Source: Albugo candida (Eukaryota). Taken from it: DNA of 64,000 nucleotides. Where the stretch lies: positions 1-64,000 of the forward strand of contig JBDOQK010000003.1 of assembly GCA_040437565.1 (NCBI GenBank). Direction: 5' to 3'. Position 1 is the first letter of the stretch. Each line of letters starts with the position of its first letter. Below the pieces are notes generated by a model that saw only the letters and a list, made by a program, of their open reading frames with translations, searched no databases and was not told the DNA's origin. The translations under genes and the position numbers were made by a program. Shown piece after piece: positions 38,837 to 52,711 of this stretch.

Positions 38837-41470
38837 TACGTAACCCACCAATTTAGTACAAAACAACTCGAAAATTAACTTTTTTCAACTCTTTCCTCTC
38901 GAAAACAATGGTTCAAGTCGACATATCGACACAGCCAAGGGTGTTAGCGTCCATTTATAGTGACGTGGCAACCCTCATGAGTCGCGCAATTTTGCGTGAT
39001 TGCATGATTGCATGATTGGTGATAACGTGGAAAGTACGCCCACTTCTATTGTGACTGACGGTAGGGTGTAATAACGGTAGCAGCGAAGTCTTTCGAGATC
39101 TCCAAGGCCACCTACTCCATGATTCTGGAGACAGGTCAAGCGTTAGTGCGTACAAAAGATGGGAGAATCCTGTCTTCCTAATGAAGAATTATGGGAATTC
39201 AGTATTCGAGAGTCTACTTTGTCAAGGATTTCATTACACTGTTTATCTGGTTCTTTAACTACCTTCCTTATNNNNNNNNNNNNNNNNNNNNNNNNNNNNN
39301 NNNNNNNNNNNNNNNNNNNNNNNNNNNNNNNNNNNNNNNNNNNNNNNNNNNNNNNNNNNNNNNNNNNNNNNAACTAACGACCTCCGGCAGGGGGTCCGTG
39401 CGCTCAAGTGCTTAACCGACTGAGCTGGGTAAGAACCCTGTATTCGAGAGTCTACTGGAGAGCAGAGCCATTGCTCAAGTATCAAAGATGCCTGGTCGCA
39501 ATCTTTGGGCGATGGTTTCCATCGAGGGTGCTTGTCAACAGCTTGGGTGCCAGTCAGTGACCAGCCTCGAGGCTCAGTACTTTTTCCGGGAATTTGATTT
39601 TCTCTTCCAAATGCTTCTCTGACATATTTGGAGTCGGTGTGGAGGAAGAACAGATCCCCATTTTACGTTTCCTTCACGATCTTGGATGCTCACTAGTATT
39701 TGCTACTTCCGAGAAGCGGTTCCGTGTAAGGGAGAAGTCATGAAGACGCCGAGAGTGTACTTAAGTACTCCTACTTGCCGTCGACAGCTGTTGAGCAAAT
39801 TGCACACGGGAAGTTGCTGTATCCGGTGAGAGGAACAATGCTCTTGTCCCTTCGAAACGACCACGTTTTAGTCAACGTGGTCATTATTGCTTGGATTGGG
39901 AGCAACACCAGGTATGGGAGTGCGGGTACAACAACCAATTACAAAACGAAATTCAAACTCAAACTCCCCTCACTACTATCACACCAGCAGGGTTACCAGA
40001 CTTATTGCAGACCACTGCTCCCATCCTACACTTGGAAATGCCAATATCCTCAAATGCACGGGTAAAGAGGGATGTAGATGTCGACATGAAGTTGGCATGG
40101 ACAAGAGAAAAACATAATCGGATCGATCCGTTCCGCCAAATGGTTTCCAATGCACCACCTCATTCGCTACCTACGTTGGCGACTAGTAATTACTTTGCTG
40201 AGCTCCCAACTATGAAGGTGGAACTTGAAGAAGGACAAGCGGTTGCCAATTCTGAGCATGGTAACCGAATCCAATTATTCCCGTGAATTCACGGATGGGA
40301 AGAGAGGTGGCCACAAAATCATCTGGGCAGCATTAGACCATCCGATCACAAAAAAAGAGGTGCCTCTCTCCGCATGGATTCGAACGATTTAGGGTTGGAC
40401 TAAATCGCACATTTACTTATGATCAATAGCGTTTTTGCAGCGTACAACTTCGGGAAAGATCTTACTTTTACGACGCGCTGGGGTCGCCAAGTAGGTTCCG
40501 GGGAATTTCCTTCGAAGAGAGCTGTATTGTTCGAGAAAGTATTATCGTGGTGGAAATCAGTGCCGGACATTGTACGCCGATAGCATCGTCTTCCTCCTTT
40601 AACGCTTGGAACCAATGGGCCAGAAANNNNNNNNNNNNNNNNNNNNNNNNNNNNNNNNNNNNNNNNNNNNNNNNNNNNNNNNNNNNNNNNNNNNNNNNNN
40701 NNNNNNNNNNNNNNNNNNNNNNNNNNGTTTCCAATGCACCACCTCATTCGCTACCTACGTTGGCGACTAGTAATTACTTTGCTGAGCTCCCAACTATGAA
40801 GGTGGAACTTGAAGAAGGACAAGCGGTTGCCAATTCTGAGCATGGTAACCGAATCCAATTATTCCCGTGAATTCACGGATGGGAAGAGAGGTGGCCACAA
40901 AATCATCTGGGCAGCATTAGACCATCCGATCACAAAAAAAGAGGTGCCTCTCTCCGCATGGATTCGAACGATTTAGGGTTGGACTAAATCGCACATTTAC
41001 TTATGATCAATAGCGTTTTTGCAGCGTACAACTTCGGGAAAGATCTTACTTTTACGACGCGCTGGGGTCGCCAAGTAGGTTCCGGGGAATTTCCTTCGAA
41101 GAGAGCTGTATTGTTCGAGAAAGTATTATCGTGGTGGAAATCAGTGCCGGACATTGTACGCCGATAGCATCGTCTTCCTCCTTTAACGCTTGGAACCAAT
41201 GGGCCAGAAACTCTTTCTGTTACTCATTCAACGCCAGATGGTTCTGAAACTGATGTTCCAGATATTCATGTGTCCTCTGCGCTATCTCTTCACTGTGTCT
41301 CTCCCGTTACTCTGCAGTATCCGACCCGATGGACCTCTGCAACGAGCTTTCCGGTATAACCCGCCTTGTCTGGGTCTGCACAATATTTTGAGTGACGTGC
41401 TCTTTTCCATTTGGCAGAGGGCCTTGTCGACTGTCGTCAGCACTCACGACGACAATCTTATTTGGTAGCA
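38837..41470 (+). mobile_element. Putative non-LTR retroelement 5' region with decayed ORF1-like coding
   Basis: The 5' end is repeated at 21262 and, inverted, at 38520-38675. It is followed by broken coding-like frames. No RT motif seen, so the class is inferred only. Confidence 0.4.
39219..39439 (-). mobile_element. tRNA-derived SINE (gap inside)
   Basis: Both family ends are present; 17-bp TSD GTATTCGAGAGTCTACT (39202-39218/39440-39456). Confidence 0.85.
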
Positions 41471-41759
41471 CGATGCTTCTGTCTGATGAAATTTTTGTTT
41501 TAAGTCCGCATTTCGAAACGCAGCCTCGCTGCTCTTTCTAGCACGGCCCCCGTGTAGCGAGTGTATTACTCAGTGGGTGAAAGTCTGGCCTATCTAGCAA
41601 GGCCCAAGGAGCAAATGGATTGCTCAAGGGGAATGTCCTAGGGTGTCTTTTTCGTGTCTGTAAATCCCAACACATTCCTCATTGATTGACAGAAAAGCCG
41701 AAAACGTTTTAAGACAAAAATAAACACACACACACACAATTATAAGAACTACATAAAAT

Positions 41760-43560
41760 TCTACTGCTATGTATCTACCTACCATGGTTTTCTCCATGCT
41801 GGACAGGTCCTAACATTGTACCCAATTTGACCAAATCTTTCACACCTTCTGTGCCTAGTGTTCACCATTTTATGCAATAAGGGCTCTCTTCTGGTTGATG
41901 ACTGAGATATATTTGGGCACTAGGTGGTCTGCCTCTTGCTCGCTGCATATGAGGGTCATTTGAATCTCGCACCTGTTTTGAAGGAACTTCTATAAAAATA
42001 TTGTCTGTTGAATTTTGCTTGTGTGGACCTAACCTTGAATAAACCTCAGCAATATTGTTGGTTGCAGGGATGAAATTAAAGGGTACGTGTATAAACTTGA
42101 GCCTTTGCAATAAAATGCCATTCGGTAAAAGGGAACGGGGGTTAATGTGCCATTGTGAATGAAATCATTCATGGACATTGTACCGTTAGCTGCTATTTTT
42201 CTCAAAGTTGGTGGGAACGACAATCCAATAGTCTTTGTGAATTGACCCAGACATGGTGGACTAATAAGTTCATATCCAGTGCACATCAGATTGTGCACTT
42301 TCAGCAAATCTTGAATTCTTATCAATTACTTGATCATAAAATCTCTCATCTAAGTCCAGCCATTTTCGGATCTTTTCATCACCTATCTATACCTGAGATT
42401 CCATTCCTTGGGGCTTAACATACTGGGTGATCTTGCTATGGACTTGCTGCAAACTCGTTGCTGGGATGTGCAATCGCAGCCTTAATGCTAAATGATTCCC
42501 TTTTACCCTGGAATTGTTTATGTTTCTCAGGTGGAGGAAACGCCAACTTCAGATTGCAACCCCTGAAAGGCTGCCGCTTTTTCTGCACATAGCTGATGAT
42601 TGCTGGATTATGTTCGTATTATGCTCAAGTTCTGCACAATTTTCCTCGAAATTTCCAGTGCTGGTGCTTCTGATTATTCCATTCCAATCTCATATAAGCT
42701 CGGTTAATAGATATACAGAAACCATTGTTTGCAGTGGTAGAGCGCATTTTTGTTGACGTGCCAAACATAGAGAATACTTGCTGCATCTGGAGTACCTGTC
42801 ATAAGTGCAAACTAACCATTGTGAAAGGTAGAATCCAGTGCAACAAGCAGTGATTTCATTTTCCAAGTTCCCGAATGTAATCTGCTTCCTTTTCGAAGCA
42901 GGATGATCAAGAGGTATTCGTGATGTCACACCCACTACATTCAACAGAGCCATATGAATAATGGTTGTTTATAGATGCAATCCACAAAGAGACATAAGGA
43001 TATTTCGGTTCAAACTGATGGATCTCGGATAAGATAAAACTTTCGCTATTGCTTGGGTGTCATCACATCAATAGTCAAACTATTAGTCACAATTTCGGAT
43101 GTCATCCAGTAAAGCAGCCATTTCTATGCATCCACGGAGTTCTTCGTTTCGCATAGACTTGCTTTCGTTGTAAATACTAAGGAGTTTTGTCAGATTACTT
43201 CGATTTTGCTGGATGGCAGATAATGCCGTTGCCGGTCTCGGGCTTGTTGCTACGACTTGTCGTACATTTCCCTCGTCTTAGCTGGCAATCTTCAGGCAGT
43301 TGCAAAGGAAGAAATTTTCTCGGCAGGAGGATGGTTTTTTAGTAGTGTTGTCAGCTATAATAATCCACTGACCACCAGAAGCTTCGGTTATCCTTGCATA
43401 GGTGTCAAAGGGACAGTTGCAAAGACGTGTTTAGGCCTTCGGTCATTTGTTGTCCTTCTGTCCTGGTTTACACCACCTCTCTCACATTCAACCAGATCCT
43501 ACAGCCAGTTGAGCACTTTTTGGTAACAGAATAATTGTACAAATGAGCGGGGATTGAACT
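41760..43560 (-). pseudogene. MULE transposase remnant
   Basis: MALLNVVGVTS, QQKCALPL, CLGQFTKTIGL, RARGRPPSA; heavily disrupted. Partly re-assembled at 44335-45737. Confidence 0.7.
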
Positions 43561-45797
43561 ACCTGGATGAGCTCTTTTTATGACGAATACTGGCGTTCAG
43601 GAGTAGGTAGAATGTTGAGAATAGGAGTAGAGAAATACAAGAATAGTGAATCGAGAACAGGAGGAGAGAAAATACAGGAGAGGAGAATACAAGCAGAGGT
43701 TACAAGATTCGATATATGAAACGACGGGGGTTAATGGAGAAAAATGTTTGGAACAAGGGACGAGACTTCACACTCCATTAGCTCCTTTATTCAATCAAAA
43801 CGTGATTGTATTGGCCGATCAGAGTGAAGGTGCGTCGATTTAGGGTTGCTACCACGGAGAAGATGAAGAGATAGATCAGTATCGCATTCATAGCTCAAAA
43901 AGAAGCTACTGAGCAGACGCAGACCTTACCGCAATAATTCAAGAAAGAATCGTGTGCCGAAGTAGCAAACTCAGGTGTACTCGACAAGTGTGTAAGGCGC
44001 CGCTGTAGTGGAAATAGAATGAAGCACTTTTATTTTTGGCAAAAATAGGCCACACAAATATCATTTCATAGCGATATATTAAGGTACAAATGGATATCAA
44101 GTTTGGGGAGACACCAGGGCGTGTCTATCACAAAAACTGAAAACCTTGAATTCAATCACAGGTACCGCAATGAGAACTACTTGCCAATGTCGCATAACCA
44201 CAAACAAATGAGTCTATCTTAGATTGATTATACANNNNNNNNNNNNNNNNNNNNNNNNNNNNNNNNNNNNNNNNNNNNNNNNNNNNNNNNNNNNNNNNNN
44301 NNNNNNNNNNNNNNNNNNNNNNNNNNNNNNNNNNAATCCAGTGCAACAAGCAGTGATTTCATTTTCCAAGTTCCCGAATGTAATCTGCTTCCTTTTCGAA
44401 GCAGGATGATCAAGAGGTATTCGTGATGTCACACCCACTACATTCAACAGAGCCATATGAATAATGGTTGTTTATAGATGCAATCCACAAAGAGACATAA
44501 GGATATTTCGGTTCAAACTGATGGATCTCGGATAAGATAAAACTTTCGCTATTGCTTGGGTGTCATCACATCAATAGTCAAACTATTAGTCACAATTTCG
44601 GATGTCATCCAGTAAAGCAGCCATTTCTATGCATCCACGGAGTTCTTCGTTTCGCATAGACTTGCTTTCGTTGTAAATACTAAGGAGTTTTGTCAGATTA
44701 CTTCGATTTTGCTGGATGGCAGATAATGCCGTTGCCGGTCTCGGGCTTGTTGCTACGACTTGTCGTACATTTCCCTCGTCTTAGCTGGCAATCTTCAGGC
44801 AGTTGCAAAGGAAGAAATTTTCTCGGCAGGAGGATGGTTTTTTAGTAGTGTTGTCAGCTATAATAATCCACTGACCACCAGAAGCTTCGGTTATCCTTGC
44901 ATAGGTGTCAAAGGGACAGTTGCAAAGACGTGTTTAGGCCTTCGGTCATTTGTTGTCCTTCTGTCCTGGTTTACACCACCTCTCTCACATTCAACCAGAT
45001 CCTACAGCCAGTTGAGCACTTTTTGGTAACAGAATAATTGTACAAATGAGCGGGGATTGAACTACCTGGATGAGCTCTTTTTATGACGAATACTGGCGTT
45101 CAGGAGTAGGTAGAATGTTGAGAATAGGAGTAGAGAAATACAAGAATAGTGAATCGAGAACAGGAGGAGAGAAAATACAGGAGAGGAGAATACAAGCAGA
45201 GGTTACAAGATTCGATATATGAAACGACGGGGGTTAATGGAGAAAAATGTTTGGAACAAGGGACGAGACTTCACACTCCATTAGCTCCTTTATTCAATCA
45301 AAACGTGATTGTATTGGCCGATCAGAGTGAAGGTGCGTCGATTTAGGGTTGCTACCACGGAGAAGATGAAGAGATAGATCAGTATCGCATTCATAGCTCA
45401 AAAAGAAGCTACTGAGCAGACGCAGACCTTACCGCAATAATTCAAGAAAGAATCGTGTGCCGAAGTAGCAAACTCAGGTGTACTCGACAAGTGTGTAAGG
45501 CGCCGCTGTAGTGGAAATAGAATGAAGCACTTTTATTTTTGGCAAAAATAGGCCACACAAATATCATTTCATAGCGATATATTAAGGTACAAATGGATAT
45601 CAAGTTTGGGGAGACACCAGGGCGTGTCTATCACAAAAACTGAAAACCTTGAATTCAATCACAGGTACCGCAATGAGAACTACTTGCCAATGTCGCATAA
45701 CCACAAACAAATGAGTCTATCTTAGATTGATTATACACTTGGTAGAGCAAACATTTTTTTAAAGGGTGTCTGGGTTCCCCGACTTATATTTACAAAA

Positions 45798-46184
45798 TTA
45801 CCTAAGAAGCGTTTTCGATTTTGATTGTGGAGGTTGACTGGAGCATGGCGTGTCTAAAACGGCTGAACTGACGCACGAGAGCTCTTCTAGTTCAAGTTTA
45901 GTTATTTTTTTCGTTCTTTTGAGCTGATTTGTTCCAACCGTCTCTTTTGACAGACCTATTGAAAATAGAAAATTTAACTTTGAGCTACATAGTGATGGAG
46001 GCTATGCTACATTACCCTGTTTCGTTTTGTCGTCAACTTGCACCTGATTTGGGTTAGTTTCACTCGAACGAGCTGGAACGTCAGGTGGACTTTCATTATC
46101 AGGAACTGATTGTTTACCGGTCACTTGGTGCTGCCCAGCCGAGCAGAGCAAAACGGATGCGATAAGTGCCAATTTTTTAGACAT
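45798..46184 (-). CDS. Small putatively secreted protein (~108 aa, 2 exons: 46184-46016, 45955-45798)
   Basis: MSKKLALIASVLLCSAG signal-peptide-like start. A 60-nt GTAATG...TTTCAATAG intron restores an open frame ending ...KSKTLLR*. Confidence 0.55.
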
Positions 46185-49100
46185 GATTCGAACAATTCTG
46201 GGCGATGATCAATGGGGTCTGAGCAGTCGAGTGAATCGGATAATGCAAGCACTGATGCTGCCAAGTTTTCTTTCCCGGGGGAAACAGAAAGTAGTACACT
46301 TGAGGTCGTTCCATATTTAGACGATTTCTATCAAGCACAATAAAACCTGTATAATATTATCGTATCAGGGCAAGTCGAACGCTACAACTTTGAACTTGTT
46401 GGAACCTAGAGTCAACGGAACCCCGCATTCCTTGCTGATATCAGGTATATCAATCAACTCACCAGTACTTACTAAACAGAAGAGACAATTGCAACCTTAG
46501 AGCATGAAGGACACAGCAAAAGAGAGCTATCTACACAAGAATGCCAAATCTCTACTTTTTAGCGGAACCAATTCTTAATTGCCTCCTTTTCTAATAAACT
46601 ATAGCAAATGTTCGTTGACTCTCCTAGAATATTCAATATAGGCTTCCCTCTCCCCCGCTTCCAGGTAAAGGCCAACACACCTTCCTCTGTTTTGTGATAA
46701 ATTACAACGATTTTTGATCATTCAACTGATACACTCCCACATGCGCCAAAGTTTTCTGATATATTTCAACGATTTGGCCCTGAGTTTTCTGATATAGTCC
46801 AGCTTATTTTTTATAACCTATCTGCTAGGATCCAGTCAAGAGTAAAGTGGAGTGCCTGAATAAGCAGTCAAATTATCACATGCATTTAGATAGTGTATAA
46901 TACATACTTTTTGTTATAGAATACAGATTTAAGAAAACGGTATTATNNNNNNNNNNNNNNNNNNNNNNNNNNNNNNNNNNNNNNNNNNNNNNNNNNNNNN
47001 NNNNNNNNNNNNNNNNNNNNNNNNNNNNNNNNNNNNNNNNNNNNNNTATAGAATACAGATTTAAGAAAACGGTATTATTGAGAAGTATAATACATACTTG
47101 CGTTAAATGTATCTTATCGGCAACAATTTCAAGATGTTCGTCGAACTAACTTGGGTGTGGCACTTCAACTGAGTCTAATAGCTTGATCCTCCTTGCTGCT
47201 GTTGCCTTAAACGCATCATCGAACATTATTTACGAAGAATAGACGCACAAAGCAAACCATACTTGGACATTTGCTCGACATTGGTGAACACCCGGTCCTT
47301 TTATCCGCAACTTAGCTTTTTGAAAGTACGCAACGAGGGCATTCAAGATCAAGATCGAAACCAGCTGCCAAATTCAAATAATGCGCATGATTTTCGCTGG
47401 TACACTGTTATAGCCATGCCCTAGACAAATATATCCAACAGTCAATTTCGGAATATTATCGAGCCTATAACGTGGCTATATCGTACAAACGTCAATAACT
47501 CGATTCTCAAAAGTTGATTTCATTCACGTGTAGACATAGGATTTCGATTTTGAATTTCTTAGATGCTAGTAGAGCGATCAAAGCGAACGCTCATAGCTAT
47601 TTACGAAGTCACCCACATGTCAAATAGAGGATGAACCATTGTTTATACATCATGCACGCCTCGTGTTCACAGCAATTTGACGAGATGAGCCAGCAATCTG
47701 AACACTTGCACTCAGCCGAATCGGTGCAGCATTACAAGCAAATATGCAAAAACGAGTGAAATAACGCTTTGTTTTTTCCATTTTGTATTGTTTATATGAT
47801 GGAAGCCCGAAAACGTACCAGAGTTTCTCAGTGTCATTCTTCATTCGATCTTTTTACTAACCCTACCAATAAAGACATCACGCTCTCGTCGAAGTGTGGG
47901 AATCAGAATACTATTCTATTGAATGGATGAGCCGCTACCTTTTCCAGGCCCCTTTTCTGGTGTACTATTATAACAATAAAATTATTATATATAAAATACT
48001 CACGTGCTTTTTTATTTACATGGGGCGCGGGATATTTATTTATGTTGGAATGCACATCCTAAACCCACGTAATAAAAGCACCGATTTGTCAGTCGTATCT
48101 GACTCATACTTTGTGCCGTCACTGCGGATCTCATCTGGAATGCACCGGGAAAACATGATTACAAAATCAAGTTTTCTAGTTTTGGCTGTCGATACCAGAA
48201 TGCAAGAAATAAGATGCTCGCTTGGTGAACCATCGGTGATCATTAATAATGATGACATTTGGCAATACCAAACTGGTAATCATACGCCTGGTAAGAGAAG
48301 AAGTTATATGCGTCGATCCAACGTCTCCATCTGCCCTCTACGTGAACTGTTTATATTTTTGAGAAGCGTTGCATTGACAGATAAATGGCCAGTGTGGCGA
48401 AGGAGGCTATGCAACTCAGCGACTGATGCTAGTCAGGACCGGAGATACGAGTGAAATTTTTCCAGCGAAGAACATCAACATTGCTGCTTAAACAATTGAG
48501 TGAAGGATTGACTTCATGCACATGTCGACAAGGATAAGCGATCTATTTCTGCTATGTTAAATCAAATAATGTGTGTGCTCAGAACTGGGCAGCAGGGATA
48601 AAACAGGCTGAGAAGTAATGTTGAGGAATGTTCAGGAAGCTTCTATGCGCAAGCCTTATATGTCAATTGGACAAGAACCATTGATCGCTACAGAGGATCA
48701 TTATGATCAAATTTTGTGCAAAAGGATGGGGTCGTAGGTAACGTGCTCTATTCGATTTTCTTCGTCAAATTTCGCGTAGCAGGTTAGAGACATTATAGTA
48801 CGCCCGGCGCAGAATCAACGTAATGGTTAGAAGGAATATCATCCTCTTTTCCTTTCATATACATGGTAATAGTTTGGGAATAGAGGACAGTGAAGATGTC
48901 AAAGCTGAGTTCACTTCCTCTATTATAGCCGTCATATGAATTGTGAATGGAGCTAGACAACTTTGAATGATCGAGAGTAGTGACGAAAACGGCTTGAGGT
49001 CCAGTAGAACTGAAGGCTGTGAATTGACCTAACAGTCTATGTATAGAAGTACGCGCCTCCAATACGATCGAGGTGAAGATAGAGGTAAATCAAAAGCGTG

Positions 49101-50218
49101 ATGCATAATAGGAAATCCTGGTTATACTTGAATAAAAATTGAGCGGACCTCTGGTATTATTCAGTCGTTGTAGAACCTGTCCTAGCGAAACGTTTCGAAA
49201 CGAAAATAGGAGTCATTACCTAAATATTCACTTACTTCAAGTTATTCTTTTGTGTGAGAAAAAGCAGCTAAGAACTGATGGCGATTGGGTGAATGTGTCA
49301 CGGATAACAATTCATTGTATTTAAGTAATGTTATTCAAGTCTGGAAGCTTGATTGGTTTCCTATTATCATTATATGTAGGAACCCGGTATAGCCACACAC
49401 CCTTTTTGGTATAGCCGCACCCCTAACTTAATTGAGAACACCGGTATCATTACATCCTCTAAATATCTTGATAAATGAGAACCGTTATCGGCACACTCGC
49501 TATTATCAAATTCGCTATATGCACCTATTTACATTGCTATAAGTATGCTAAAGTAAATTCCCTATCCTCACTATGCCACTTACTTCACCCCCGGAACACA
49601 TCTATGAGACCTATGAGTATGTGTGGCAAGAAGGCTGTTCCACAAAGCAAGCTCGCATAAACCGCGACAAATACGGAGATACTAGGAAGGTGTGGCTTGC
49701 TTGCGTCCACGGTGGTCGTTAGAAAAACAAAGGCACGAGGATCCGCCAAACATCAAAGCGGCTTCTAATGTGCCCATGGCTAGTCACCACTCAACGCCAA
49801 CTGAGTCAAGATCCTGTTCAAAGATTGGCGAGTGAGTGTNNNNNNNNNNNNNNNNNNNNNNNNNNNNNNNNNNNNNNNNNNNNNNNNNNNNNNNNNNNNN
49901 NNNNNNNNNNNNNNNNNNNNNNNNNNNNNNNNNNNNNNNGATGCATAATAGGAAATCCTGGTTATACTTGAATAAAAATTGAGCGGACCTCTGGTATTAT
50001 TCAGTCGTTGTAGAACCTGTCCTAGCGAAACGTTTCGAAACGAAAATAGGAGTCATTACCTAAATATTCACTTACTTCAAGTTATTCTTTTGTGTGAGAA
50101 AAAGCAGCTAAGAACTGATGGCGATTGGGTGAATGTGTCACGGATAACAATTCATTGTATTTAAGTAATGTTATTCAAGTCTGGAAGCTTGATTGGTTTC
50201 CTATTATCATTATATGTA

Positions 50219-52711
50219 GGAACCCGGTATAGCCACACACCCTTTTTGGTATAGCCGCACCCCTAACTTAATTGAGAACACCGGTATCATTACATCCTCT
50301 AAATATCTTGATAAATGAGAACCGTTATCGGCACACTCGCTATTATCAAATTCGCTATATGCACCTATTTACATTGCTATAAGTATGCTAAAGTAAATTC
50401 CCTATCCTCACTATGCCACTTACTTCACCCCCGGAACACATCTATGAGACCTATGAGTATGTGTGGCAAGAAGGCTGTTCCACAAAGCAAGCTCGCATAA
50501 ACCGCGACAAATACGGAGATACTAGGAAGGTGTGGCTTGCTTGCGTCCACGGTGGTCGTTAGAAAAACAAAGGCACGAGGATCCGCCAAACATCAAAGCG
50601 GCTTCTAATGTGCCCATGGCTAGTCACCACTCAACGCCAACTGAGTCAAGATCCTGTTCAAAGATTGGCGAGTGAGTGTGGTCGTTGCAACACTCACTCG
50701 CCATTCTTTGAAGTAGTTTGATCCTGCTTTTCTTGCCACCAGGTAAGACATTTACAATCTTCGAAAACGTTAACGAACGGAGTTTCTCCTTGGTCACACT
50801 TTGTCAAGGATTTCATTACACTGTTTATCTGGTTCTTTACTACCTTCCTCATCCTACCATGAGCCCCTGACCGTGTGATTATCACTTAAGTCTGACTGCG
50901 AATCTAGGGAGGCAGATATTTTCCAAGCTTATTGCTTCAGTGAGCTCAAACCGCTGCCCACACTGCTGGGGATCGAACTAACGACCTCCGGCAGGGGGTC
51001 CGTGCGCTCAAGTGCTTAACCGACTGAGCTGGGGCGGACCCCTCTCCTTGGTCACACTAGAGGAAAGTGCCATTAGCATGAGCTTGATCGGGACCCCTCA
51101 TCGGGTCAATTAACTCGCCTCTTGATTGCACTTCAGCCTTGCATCTCGACAGACGATGATTTTCTTCGAATAAAGTTCTTATAGCAGATTCGACATACAA
51201 AACCAACAGGCGAGTAAAATGCTTTCCAATAAATCATTCCCCAACATCGACTAAGAGCAGAAAAAACTCCAGGTTTCAAATGCCATTGCTCCATGCCATG
51301 GGTGTGACATGCACAAACCAGTAATATTCCCTTTGTTATGTTTTCTTGCGACACGAATCAGAAGATGATTACATTTGGGCACTTCGGCAAATGAGGATAG
51401 CTTTTCAAGATAGAATCACTGGTCCGATTTTCATTACCGGAAGCGAAAAATCTGCTTTGCATATGGCATACACTAAATATGTCCTGGCAAACGCTAAGAA
51501 GCACTTTGCAAAAGACGAAGACTAGAACGAATTTTTCAAAAAGTGGTACGGATTGTACTGCTCATCCACTGAACGGGAGTTCGAAGAGAATTGGGTGCTC
51601 CTCAAAGATGCTATTAATGAGACTGGCTATGCGTATTTACATTCCACATATATTCCGCACAAGGAAAAATTCATCCTTGCTTGGGCCAAAAATTTAACCA
51701 TTTTGGCATGTAGCTACATCTCGTGTTGAAGGTGGACATGCAACCTTGAAGAAATGGATTGCAGTTTCAACAGGGGATTTGGATTTGGCAACAGTTTATG
51801 ACAAATTGGTTCTCGTAGCTCAACAGCACCAATGAATAAGTCGAAAAGCTGCATACGATCGTTCACACATTATCGTCCGCCTTAGTGGGAGCGTCTGGAC
51901 ACTGTGAATAGAAAGATTCCACATTATGCATTGAATGAAGTATGTAACATTAGTGTATGCATACAGTTGTGCACAGTACTGACAAGATATGCAATGACCA
52001 TATTTTGCTTTCTGCAGGACTTCAAGCAGTAACAAAAGGCACTATCGATGGAGAACAATGAAAAGTGCACTAGAACATTCACGAGCACTAAAGGATTGCC
52101 GTGCTCTCACGCCATCAAAGAGCTGCAAAAGTTGGGGTCAATATTGCATGAAGCTCATTTTCATCAGCACTGGTGGCTTCAAAGGCCTGTGCATCCTAAA
52201 CTGCATCATTCAATGTCTTGTCAGGAAAAAACAAGCTTTTAGGACATTATGAAAAAGTTGCAAGAGCGTCATTAGGACTTGCCGCCACACAGGCAGCGCC
52301 TTTTTGAGAAGGATCTCGATTGCCTTGCATCTGTTACAAGACAAGGGGTAAATGATCCTGCCACAGTGGCCTCACGAGGACGTCCCAAAGGGTCAACGAG
52401 TAACAAACGAGATCTGTCCATTTGAGTACGTTGAGAGGGAGGAGCAGAATGCGGGACTCGCAACCAAGAAGGTCACAACAGGCGCACATGTGCACAGCCC
52501 AAAATTAACAAAACATATCTGTAATAATTTAGAGGTGTGGCGATACGGTTTTCTAATTTAATTTTGATTTTAATTTAGGGGATTTAGCGAGTGTTCCGAT
52601 ACCGGTTCTCATTTATCTAGAATATCTAGAGGGTGTAACGGTGCCGGTGTTCTCAATTAAGTTAGGGGGTGCGGCTATACCAAAAAGGGTGTGTGGCTAT
52701 ACCGGGCTCCC
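50219..52711 (+). mobile_element. MULE transposon with ~120-bp TIRs, decayed transposase
   Basis: TIRs GGAACCCGGTATAGCCACACACCC../..GGGTGTGTGGCTATACCGGGCTCCC; TSD TATATGTA. Motifs HFGHVATSRVEGGHATLKKWI, GLPCSH, HFHQHWWL. Confidence 0.9.
50801..51042 (-). mobile_element. tRNA-derived SINE inserted in MULE
   Basis: Full-length family member; 16-bp TSD TCTCCTTGGTCACACT (50785-50800/51043-51058). Confidence 0.88.

Noticed and set aside
40143-41210. Duplicated ORF block
   Set aside because: Gap-flanking identical overlap.
42832-45737. 1.4-kb tandem duplication
   Set aside because: Gap-flanking identical overlap.
47894-48454. 186-aa ORF
   Set aside because: Non-ATG start, AT-rich, no motif; probably spurious or decayed.
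49100-50679. Second MULE left TIR at ~49379
   Set aside because: Gap-flanking identical overlap.
50666-50703. 14-bp perfect hairpin TGGCGAGTGAGTGT/ACACTCACTCGCCA
   Set aside because: Lies within the MULE coding remnant. No evidence of function; it may merely explain the assembly break.
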